A stretch of DNA of 64,000 nucleotides, from NCBI GenBank assembly GCA_965228855.1, contig CBDDIJ010000002.1, positions 2,080,001 to 2,144,000 of the forward strand, given 5' to 3'. Numbering within the stretch: position 1 is the stretch's first letter; each line of letters starts with the position of its first letter. The stretch is from Candidatus Obscuribacterales bacterium. Its GTDB lineage: Bacteria > Cyanobacteriota > Vampirovibrionia > Obscuribacterales > Obscuribacteraceae. The position numbers were made by a program, and so were the translations under genes. The notes beneath the pieces are model-generated. The model was not told the DNA's origin. It made no database searches and saw nothing but the letters and a program-made list of their open reading frames with translations. Shown here one piece after another: positions 1-8,533 of this stretch.

Positions 1-106
1 AACTGTTCATCAGCAAAACACGAGCGCGGATTTTGAACCGCTTCGTTGTAATCTTGAGGCGTTGGCCAGTCTATTGAAATCTCTTTCTCGAGCATAAAAT
101 TGACTG

Positions 107-997
107 TTACGGGGTTAACGAAAAAGCGCTTTCCAGCATGCCGGAAAGCATCACGGTCTCGGCGGTCTTCTCCAGCTTGTAACCTTTCAGCGAATAATTA
201 AAAATGGAATTGGACATATTCGCTTCTTTGATACCATATGTTTTCAAAGTCACCCCACTCGAATTATCATTGTGCAAAAAGTAGACACCGAGTGGGAAAC
301 CGCCGAATCGCGGAATACGATAAATCGACTTTAGTATCTGCAGTTCTTTCTCTGGTACCGGTTTCATTTCAGTAGAAATAATAGAAATTGATTTGGCCTT
401 TGACTTTGAAGCATCGTTGCCGACGCCCGAATAGCTTGGCATCATCATGCCGACTGTGCTGCCTTCAGGCGTTGGAGCGGTTATCTTCAACGCGCGAATG
501 CCATTGTAATTGACCGGCTGTGGATTGAGTTTGCGACCTTCGAAGTAATCGCTGATTGCAATCATCGAGGGCAGCTCCTGGCGCTGGAATTTGTCGAATG
601 ACGTCTCGTAGTAAACCATGTCCTGATTGTTGTAAAAGACGATCTTCCAGTCCGGCGCTTTGGCCACGAGATTCCCGCCGGTTGCGCCGATCTTAACGCG
701 CAGGGCGCTTGCGCCTGCGTACACAGTCATTTTGCCAAGCTGAGCTGTTTCTTGCTGGATGACGAAAACCTTTTGCTTTGCGTCCTTGTCTTTCGCATCT
801 TGAGCGGCTTTAAGCGTAGCCTTTGGCGGTTGTAGCTTTCCGGAAGTAACCGTGGACGAGTGTTCAGGCACTGAAATTTTACGACTGCCCGTCGGTCCCT
901 TAGCGGGCTCAGTTTGAGTTTCTCTTGCAAACGCCAATCCCACCGTCACGCTTGTGAGCAGTGCTAACGTCGAAACTATTGATATTGACCGGGGCAT
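107..997 (-). CDS. Hypothetical exported protein (296 aa)
   Basis: Long ORF with an N-terminal hydrophobic signal-like segment (IVSTLALLTSVTVGLAFA). No family recognised. Confidence 0.7.
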   Translation of the reverse strand: MPRSISIVSTLALLTSVTVGLAFARETQTEPAKGPTGSRKISVPEHSSTVTSGKLQPPKATLKAAQDAKDKDAKQKVFVIQQETAQLGKMTVYAGASALRVKIGATGGNLVAKAPDWKIVFYNNQDMVYYETSFDKFQRQELPSMIAISDYFEGRKLNPQPVNYNGIRALKITAPTPEGSTVGMMMPSYSGVGNDASKSKAKSISIISTEMKPVPEKELQILKSIYRIPRFGGFPLGVYFLHNDNSSGVTLKTYGIKEANMSNSIFNYSLKGYKLEKTAETVMLSGMLESAFSLTP

Positions 998-1063
998 CGG
1001 GGCGGCTGTTCTTGCCAGTATTTCAGGGGGTCTTATCCCTATGATTATTCCCGTTTGCAGCGC

Positions 1064-1099
1064 CTAAACCTCGCCTGTGCGGAACCTTGCGAGGTTTAG
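1064..1099. terminator. Inverted repeat, probable terminator or stem-loop
   Basis: Perfect 11-bp stem CTAAACCTCGC (1064-1074) / GCGAGGTTTAG (1089-1099) downstream of the GT-C gene. No clear U-tract. Confidence 0.4.
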
Positions 1100-1188
1100 C
1101 TCCTCACGGACTGGTTTAAACAAGATGTCTCGAAGGAAGCTCTAGATGTCCGTTTTAGACGCTCTTCCGCCGTGATCGTTAAAACTGC

Positions 1189-3992
1189 TCAGTTGTCTAC
1201 CGATACACAAATGTGATCGCCGGAAACACCGATGCGTTTCCCGTCTTTGTCGACGGCCCAGGCTCGTAGTTCATACATTCCAGTTGCGGGAAACATATCT
1301 CGCTTCAATTCGATGTCACCGGATATGGTGCCCTTCAGTTCGTCCTTCATTGTCACTTTGCTGGGAGTCGAGGAGTTTTGTGTTTCAAACAGAAGATTTG
1401 TTCTGGTGATTTCGACAACTACGCCAGCAGCTGAGGGCACCTTTGTCGCATCGACATTGATGGTTGCGCGGTTATCTTTGTTGGACAGGTGAAGATAGCC
1501 CTTGGTTCCTAAGAAGCCGGAATTTTCAAAGGAAAGCATAGGCATTACTTTCTCGGGCGAAATTATTTCGACCGAGTCTATCGCGAGTTTCGAATTGTGC
1601 GGAATTTCAGCAGAAGCTCATGACACTTGCCTCCGAGCGACCATTCCGGCAGGCTCCGCAGCGGAAAAATAAGAGTCTGTGACTTTTCTCCCGGCACAAA
1701 GTCAGCATGCGTTCTGTTGGGCAAATCAAATTCCGGGCTGACATCGTTTGTGTAGAGTAGATCCGCCCCTTCGGTAGCGAGACTTCCAGCAGATTCGCCG
1801 CTAGTGTCGAGATCTCGAACCTTGACGGCAACGAATTCAATGTCGAAGGCGTTGCGCTTCTCAAAGTTAAGTAGAATTTCCGGTCTACCTTTGTTTGTGT
1901 TATTGCCGAAGACTTCGAGTGATCCGTCTCTGGTCCAGTTGTATTCGCCCTGCTTCATCGTTGCGATCGATTTCATTTCCGCAGCAATCCAGCTGCGCAA
2001 GTCATCGGGATCGCGTTCAATTTTCAGGGGCAAAAACGTTTTTTGTTTGCTGTTCCACGAATAAATTTGGACCTGGTCGCGCGCCTTCCAGAGCGAGTCT
2101 TTGATATATCCGAACGGCAAAATTTGTTCGTACTTATTGACGCTTAAACAGTTCCAAATGTCGCGTTGGAGCTGCGGGGCCTTTGTCATTCCATAGACGG
2201 CGTTTCTCGAAATGTAAGCTCCGTTGATTTGATCCGGCAAGCTCAGAAGCAATACTTGAGGGTCGTCTTTTATCTGGTCGTATAGTTTATGAAGTCCGGC
2301 GCGAATAGCGTTTGCTTCATTGCCTGCTGTTGCCCAGGCCTGGTTGTTTATCCATAGAGCGGCACCGCAGGTCGCTGAGAAGGCTATGCAAACCGCAGCT
2401 CGGAGTGCAAAACCAAATATTGGGGCTTCTTTAGGTTTAGTCGAACCCTTTTTGAAAGGATTGCGAGTTGGAACTATAAATGCCATTGCCAGAAAGAGAG
2501 CGAGAGCAACAGTGGCTACATGAGCTAATCTTGCGCCCTGCAAATCGTCGGCAATCGTGAATATCTTGTAGACCGGTGCAAAGCAGAACGCCATGAAAAT
2601 GGCATTGAACATCCAGAGTCGGAATAACCTTTTCTCCATTATGATGTTCGCGAACATCACTAAGAACGTTGCCACAAGCGAGACTTCCCAGCAGCGTCTG
2701 ACAACATGATGTGCGTTCATCAATCCCTTGTTTAGCGGGATGATAAACATCCGCAGACCGAGCAGCCAGCTCTCAAAGAAGTGTTTTATATCAGCAATAA
2801 AAAACAGCGAGTCGTCGTAGCCGCCTACAAATGTGCCAAGGGCGTATCTGCGCACACCGAAGTAAACGACTACAATGGCCCAGAAAAACAGGACAGGTTT
2901 CACAATGTCGACGGCCCACTTCAGAAGCGCTTGTGGTGCAAACGACTTTCGATTGTCTCGCAAAATTGCGTTGGGACCGAGAAGCGCCTCGTACAGCATG
3001 AACGACGGTGGCAGTGTCAGAGCCATCTCTTTTGATAATAATCCAAGCGCGAATGCAATCGCGCTGGCGGTCAGCCAGGCACTACCGCCGTCCTTGCGCC
3101 AGCGAATGTAAAAGTAGAACGTGGCAGTATAAAACGCAGTCACAACAGCATCTACGCGTCCTGTTATCCAGGAAACCGCTTCCGTGTGAAGCGGATACAA
3201 TCCAAAAATTAGAGCCGCGCCGAGCGGATATAAAAGATATGCCAGATTCCAGGGAACGCCAAGTGGCTCCAACTCTGGCTTAGCGCGTTTCGCTCGCTCC
3301 AGGGCCTCAGCCTCCGCTGCTGCCTTTGCCTTTTCTTTGGCCTCGCGGCGCAGTTGTTTCTTAGTCTTTCTTCTACCGGCAGAACCGGCTTCTACCTGCT
3401 GGACGTTCGAGTCGGCGTCTTCCTCATCGTCGTCATCGTCGTCGTCGTCCGAAAATGCTGCACCTGCGGATGCGGAATTGGGGCCGGCATTTGCACTTGA
3501 GTCTAGACTTTCACTTGCGCCGTTTTCCGAACCGCTCGCATCTGCACTCACTCCAAGTTTGGCGGTCCAACCGAATGTATCTTGCAGAAAGTGGCGAGCG
3601 CAGAAGAAGATGAAAACCGTCGCTATCAGATGAAAAACAACGTTTGTGATGTGAAACCCAAGACCGTTGATTCCCCATCCTAGATAGTCGGTCACCATGA
3701 AGACGGAGATCAGCGGGCGGTAGAATCTCGTTGTCGTTCCATCCAACCAGGAACTGTGAAAGTTTCTCCAGATAAGCTCTGGATTTTTGACGGCGTCTTT
3801 TAACCATGTCAGGTGAACGAAATCGTCGCCCAGGAAGAAGTCGAAAAGAACCGGCCAGTATCCGATCACTGTGACTATCACCACTAGTGATACCAGAGCA
3901 AACGTGATCAGAGTAGCGGAATTATTCCGTTTCGCTCCACTCGATGCAGTCGAAACATCCCGACTCGTTAGCGCGTTTACTTCAGTCTCCAT
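1189..3992 (-). pseudogene. GT-C fold membrane glycosyltransferase (TMTC/PMT/ArnT-like), split by an apparent 1-nt frameshift near 1601 into ORFs 1578..3992 and 1189..1545
   Basis: Motifs GDDF, FYRPL, FHITNVVFH, YPLHTEAVSWITGR and LLSKE, plus many TM helices. The frame of the small ORF is open upstream to 1617 and overlaps the end of the large ORF; adding one C gives ...LKFPHNSKLAIDSVEIISPEKVMPML. Could be a sequencing error. Confidence 0.7.
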
Positions 3993-4191
3993 TTCTTCAA
4001 CTCTTCAATGACTCAATTGCCACTTTCCATGCGGATCTATCTTCAACGTGGCAGCGGACTTCGTCTTTGCGGGTCTTCTTCATGTTATGCGAATCGAGTT
4101 AGCGTCAGTTTTCTGGTGATCAGAAATATTATCGCAGTATCAAGGAACAGATGCCTGCGTTGGCTGACGGTGAAGACTGACGCCTGTCGTT

Positions 4192-5412
4192 TTACGCTCC
4201 CAGGAAGGTCGGCGCCATAACCGGCGCTGGCACAACACCAGAAAGCTTCGTCATGACTTCGGTAATCTGATTGGCGACGTAGATCACGTCTTCCGTTGTG
4301 AGTTCCGGATACATCGGAAGCGAAAGCACTTCGTTCGCGACCTGTTCGGTTATTGGGAATGCACCTTTCTTATAACCCAATTTCTTGAACGCGACCTGAA
4401 GGTGAAGCGGAACCGGGTAATAGCACATTGAGCCAACACCGCGCTCTGCGAGTTCTTCGATCAGTTTTTTCCTCTCTTCGTTTTCTTTCGCCTTCAAGTT
4501 ATTGCTGTGAACGCGAATGGTGTACTGGTGCCAAACGTGAGTCAATTCCTGGGCGGTGGCTGCTCGTCCATTAACTGAAACTGTCGGCAGTGAGATGCCG
4601 GGGCAGCCTTGAAGAGCGGATGAATAGAGCCTTGCGATACCATCGCGACGCTTGTTCCACTCTTTGAGATATGGAACCTTTGTTCTCAGTGCCACTGCCT
4701 GCAGTTCGTCAAGTCTGCTGTTCACACCGAGTTCATCGTGGAAATATCTACGGTGCGATCCGTGTGCACGCAGGCAGCGCAAACGCTCCGCCAGTTTTTC
4801 ATCATTGGTGACAAGCATTCCTGCATCGCCGCAGGCTCCAAGGTTTTTGGTCGGGTAGAAACTGGTGCAGGCCACATCGCCGAAGCTTCCGGTTGCTTGT
4901 CCTCTATATGTGGCGCCGATACCTTGAGCATTGTCTTCGATGACGCGCAGATTGTGTTTCTTTGCGATCTTGAGAATAGGCTCCATGTCCGCGGGCAGTC
5001 CGTAAAGGTGAACCGGCATGATCGCTTTAGTTTTCTTGGTGATCGCCTTCTCGATGAGGTCGGGGTTCATGTTGTATGAAACCGGATCGATGTCGACGAA
5101 TACTGGTTTAGCTCCGCGCAGAGCGATTGCTTCGACTGTGGCGGCGAAAGTGAAAGGCGTGGTGATTACTTCGTCGCCTTTACCGATGTCCATGCACCAC
5201 AAGCTGAGTATGAGAGCGTCAGTTCCATTAGCTACACCGATTCCGTACTTAGCGCCGCAGATTGCAGCAACTTCTTTTTCAAGTTCGGTGACGTGTTGAC
5301 CCAATATGTAGTTGCCGCTCCGGAGCACTTCGAGAACTGCTTGTTCGATTGCCGGACCAACTTGGTTGTATTGCGCACGAAGGTTGAGAATCGGGACGCG
5401 ATGTGATGACAT
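4192..5412 (-). CDS. DegT/DnrJ/EryC1/StrS family PLP-dependent sugar aminotransferase
   Basis: VANGTDAL, TPFTFAAT, IEDNAQ, SFYPTKNLG (PLP lysine) and NSRLDELQA motifs. Confidence 0.93.
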   Translation of the reverse strand: MSSHRVPILNLRAQYNQVGPAIEQAVLEVLRSGNYILGQHVTELEKEVAAICGAKYGIGVANGTDALILSLWCMDIGKGDEVITTPFTFAATVEAIALRGAKPVFVDIDPVSYNMNPDLIEKAITKKTKAIMPVHLYGLPADMEPILKIAKKHNLRVIEDNAQGIGATYRGQATGSFGDVACTSFYPTKNLGACGDAGMLVTNDEKLAERLRCLRAHGSHRRYFHDELGVNSRLDELQAVALRTKVPYLKEWNKRRDGIARLYSSALQGCPGISLPTVSVNGRAATAQELTHVWHQYTIRVHSNNLKAKENEERKKLIEELAERGVGSMCYYPVPLHLQVAFKKLGYKKGAFPITEQVANEVLSLPMYPELTTEDVIYVANQITEVMTKLSGVVPAPVMAPTFLGA

Positions 5413-5732
5413 TTAGGGTTTTCCTTACAGCTGCCGGCTGAATTTGTGGGACTCCAACCGGCCGTGGGTTGGTAACTGAACGCAGAGCATAACGCGTGCC
5501 ATTGACTACTTCAAAGGGGGCAAATGTAAGGTTCCAGCCCTTGCGGATGATAGATTTTTCATGCGCCCGTGAGCGGTTAATTGGTGCCGCGCCGGATGGA
5601 TGTCATGGTGATTGTTGGCTCGATTAAAATTCCCTCATTGTCGAAAGAAATTTTTGCACTTTGTAAATCGTTTCCTCTGTTTGAAGTTCTCCGTAAGACG
5701 CTTACGTGCGTTTAAAGTTCTCCACAAACAAA

Positions 5733-5756
5733 AAGAGAGGGCGCTCGCCCTCTCTT
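5733..5756 (-). terminator. Rho-independent terminator of the H1-like/RHH gene
   Basis: Perfect 10-bp stem AAGAGAGGGC/GCCCTCTCTT with a 4-nt loop, followed by a T-rich tract on the minus strand, about 20 nt after the stop codon. Confidence 0.8.
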
Positions 5757-5777
5757 CTTAGCACTGTGTTTGGTGCC

Positions 5778-6089
5778 TTACTTTTTCTTACCAGGGGTAG
5801 CAACTGTACGGGACAGAGCATTGGTGACGAACAGATTCAAGCTGACGCCTTCTCTTTCTGCACGATCAACCAACGCCTGGTGAAGGGATTTCGGCAAACG
5901 AACTGTGAACTTGCCGCTGAAGTTGGTGAAGTCTTCACCACTGGTTTTCGCGCGAGCTACAGTACGCACTGCTCTGGCTTTAGGAGCTTTGGCTTTAGGA
6001 GCCTTTTTCGCTGCCTTCGCTGGTGCTGGTTTAGCTGCTTTCTTCTTGGCTGCGGGTTTTTTAGCTCCTGCCTTTTTCTTAAGTGCCAT
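5778..6089 (-). CDS. Small basic DNA-binding protein: Lys/Ala/Pro-rich histone H1-like tail plus HicB-family ribbon-helix-helix domain
   Basis: N-half is KKKAGAKKPAAKKKAAKPAPAKAAKK. C-half FSGKFTVRLPKSLHQALVDRAEREGVSLNLFV matches the HicB-type RHH pattern. AGGAG RBS at 6096-6100. Confidence 0.85.
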   Translation of the reverse strand: MALKKKAGAKKPAAKKKAAKPAPAKAAKKAPKAKAPKARAVRTVARAKTSGEDFTNFSGKFTVRLPKSLHQALVDRAEREGVSLNLFVTNALSRTVATPGKKK

Positions 6090-6261
6090 GTTTCTCTCCT
6101 CGTTTTGTGGGATCTTTGGTACCGGTGACGCAGAACTGACTGAGTCGTGGTACCTTGGAAGCTTGTGTACGCAAGCATCCCTTTGGACGCCCGGCTAACC
6201 ATGCGTCCCCTGTGACTTTTTGTGCGACCTTACCACCACCATAGGTGGCACTGTAATTGTA
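6090..6261 (-). promoter_or_regulatory. Putative -10 box (TACAAT) and structured 5' leader of about 160 nt
   Basis: TACAAT at 6261-6256, followed by four consecutive stems (6236-6248, 6185-6208, 6157-6180, 6118-6154) before the RBS. Confidence 0.4.
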
Positions 6262-6419
6262 CCCGTGAATCTATCTTTTACTACCCTAATTGGATATATA
6301 TTTTTAGAGGGGCTCAACAGCGCCACCAGTTCAATGTTCGCGAAGTGGCTCTACCAGTGGTGCGGCACCACTTTTGATGGCTGGTATCACTAGGAAAAAA
6401 GTTAAGGATCGTAACCAAC

Positions 6420-7910
6420 TTGAACTCAAAAACCGCCGATATTCGCGTTCTCCTTATCAGACTTAGCGCTCTGGGCGATGTGGTGCACACGCTTCCAGCT
6501 GCAGACTTGTTGCGCAGAAATCTACCGGCAGCAAAAATCACCTGGGTGGTCGAGGCTCCATTTGCGGAGCTTTTGCGAAACAACCCGGCCGTGGATGACG
6601 TAATCATTTTTCCCAAGAAGAAGATATCTTCGGAGCTAAAAAATCCGATTAGTTGGCTTGACCCGAGCAGCGAGTTCAATAAATTCATTGGCGAGCTGCG
6701 AAGCCGAAACTTCAGCGCAGCACTGGATTTCCAGGGATTATTCAAAAGTGGTGCAATCGCCTATTTGAGTGGTGCACCGACTCGGGTCGGCTTCGCTCAA
6801 GCACGAGAGCTCTCGCAGATCTTTCTGACAGACCGCTGTGATACCGGAGACTATTTCGCGAACGATAAGCATGTGGTGCACCACAATTGGGAGCTTGCTG
6901 AGTTCTACTTAAGAATTGCCGGTGGTGCCACTCAGAAATCTCCGCCAATCCGTTTTCCACTTCCGATTTTGAACTCTGAGCTTATCGGAAGTGTGATCAA
7001 AATGATTGGCGCCTCGGCAGTCGAACCGCCTCAAAAGGTAAACAGAGCTAGAATCACGAACACTAATATCTTGAGCGCTCTGATTCGCAAAGAGGACCGA
7101 GTGCAACCACAGATGGAGCCTGGTGATATGGTGGCGCCCGTGGAGTCTAGTGCCGCAATTGGTGCGGAGCTTCCGGCATCGACAGGTGAGCTGGATGCTC
7201 TTTCAGAGGATTCGGTCGGTGCCGCATCAATCTTGGTACCAACACCGCCCGCGGAGCCTGCACCATCGGCGGAGCCACTACCACAGATAGCAAAGAACGG
7301 CGAGAAACTGATCGTCCTTATCCCTGGTACCACCTGGATTACGAAGATCTGGCCCAAAGAGAAGTGGGCCCAACTGGTATCGCAATTGGTTCAGATTCCG
7401 AACACAAGGATTGTTCTGGTTGGTGGTCCGGCAGAAACCGAAATGAATTCCTATATATATGATCAGGTTTCGCGCTCTGTGGCCGATAGGTTACGTCTGA
7501 ATGCCAGCCATGTGCAAAATTCTGGCGAGCCTGATCTTACGAGCGCCCCGATATCCGAGCGATTGATTGATATCACCGGTAAGACCACCATCAGCGGTCT
7601 TTTAGCGCTCCTGAAATTTGCTGATATCGTAGTTGGTGCCGACACCGGTCCGCTTCATATGGCCGTTGCCGCCGAGCATCCATTCGTGATCGGTATTCAT
7701 GGAAGCACTCCCTGGCTGCGCAATGGACCTATCGGTGAGAAATCATCGGTGGTGGCGCTCAACCTTGGCTGTCAGCCCTGTTTCGAGAAAAAATGCCCCC
7801 TCGGTACGCTTGCCTGCCTTCGAGAACTGAATACCGAATCCGTGCTGGCCGAAATCTACCGTGTTCTTAACCTGGTTGAGAGGAGAGCTACCGGCGCGGA
7901 AAAGCCCTAA
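6420..7910 (+). CDS. Glycosyltransferase family 9 (LPS heptosyltransferase WaaC/WaaF-like) with a low-complexity insertion
   Basis: IRLSALGDVVHTLP, DFQGLFKS, PGTTWITKIWP and GADTGPLHMA motifs. Confidence 0.9.
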   Translation: MNSKTADIRVLLIRLSALGDVVHTLPAADLLRRNLPAAKITWVVEAPFAELLRNNPAVDDVIIFPKKKISSELKNPISWLDPSSEFNKFIGELRSRNFSAALDFQGLFKSGAIAYLSGAPTRVGFAQARELSQIFLTDRCDTGDYFANDKHVVHHNWELAEFYLRIAGGATQKSPPIRFPLPILNSELIGSVIKMIGASAVEPPQKVNRARITNTNILSALIRKEDRVQPQMEPGDMVAPVESSAAIGAELPASTGELDALSEDSVGAASILVPTPPAEPAPSAEPLPQIAKNGEKLIVLIPGTTWITKIWPKEKWAQLVSQLVQIPNTRIVLVGGPAETEMNSYIYDQVSRSVADRLRLNASHVQNSGEPDLTSAPISERLIDITGKTTISGLLALLKFADIVVGADTGPLHMAVAAEHPFVIGIHGSTPWLRNGPIGEKSSVVALNLGCQPCFEKKCPLGTLACLRELNTESVLAEIYRVLNLVERRATGAEKP

Positions 7911-7932
7911 CTTGCGCCTGCGCCGCAAGAAG

Positions 7933-7960
7933 AAAGCTCTAGAGATGGCTCTAGAGCTTT
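7933..7960. terminator. Bidirectional terminator between convergent GT9 and ndk genes
   Basis: Perfect 12-bp stem AAAGCTCTAGAG / CTCTAGAGCTTT with a 4-nt loop. Confidence 0.7.
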
Positions 7961-8015
7961 ATAGCGTTCATTAGTTTATGGCTTCCGTTTCCGTTGCTAC
8001 GAAAAGCAGATATTT

Positions 8016-8474
8016 CTATTCGGAAACCCATTTGTCGACCGCTCTTGGCCACTCGGCGCAGACTTCGGATTCGCTGAAGAAAATTCCGATTTCGCGCTTG
8101 GCGCTTTCAGGACCGTCGGAGCCATGGACGACGTTTCTGCCGATTTCGACGGCGAGGTCGCCACGGATGGTTCCGGGAGCTGCTTGAGCCGGGTTGGTTG
8201 CGCCAATGGTGCTGCGGCAGAGGGCGATTGCGCCTTTGCCTTCCCAAACCATTGCTACAATCGGTCCTGCGGTAATGAAGCTGACGAGACCATCGAAGAA
8301 CGGTTTGCCTTTATGCTCGCCATAGTGCTCTTGAGCCTTCTCGTTCGAGAGCTTCATGAGTTTCATACCGACCAATTTAAGACCGCGGCTTTCAAAGCGC
8401 TTGATTACTTCGCCAATGATTCCACGCTCGACGCCGTCAGGCTTAATAGCCACAAAGGTACGTTCTACTGACAC
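8016..8474 (-). CDS. ndk: Nucleoside diphosphate kinase
   Basis: [19 protein letters not shown] and RNVVHGSD (phospho-His) motifs. GTG start at 8474 with a GGAGG RBS; the ORF track extends to 8522. Confidence 0.97.
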   Translation of the reverse strand: MSVERTFVAIKPDGVERGIIGEVIKRFESRGLKLVGMKLMKLSNEKAQEHYGEHKGKPFFDGLVSFITAGPIVAMVWEGKGAIALCRSTIGATNPAQAAPGTIRGDLAVEIGRNVVHGSDGPESAKREIGIFFSESEVCAEWPRAVDKWVSE

Positions 8475-8533
8475 CTTGATGTCCTCCGAGTAGTAAATGC
8501 ATGAGCCATTAGTCTCATACATTCGGGCGGTGA

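Noticed and set aside
5778..6089. HicAB toxin-antitoxin module
   Set aside because: Only the RHH part of HicB is present. There is no hicA-like ORF on either side.
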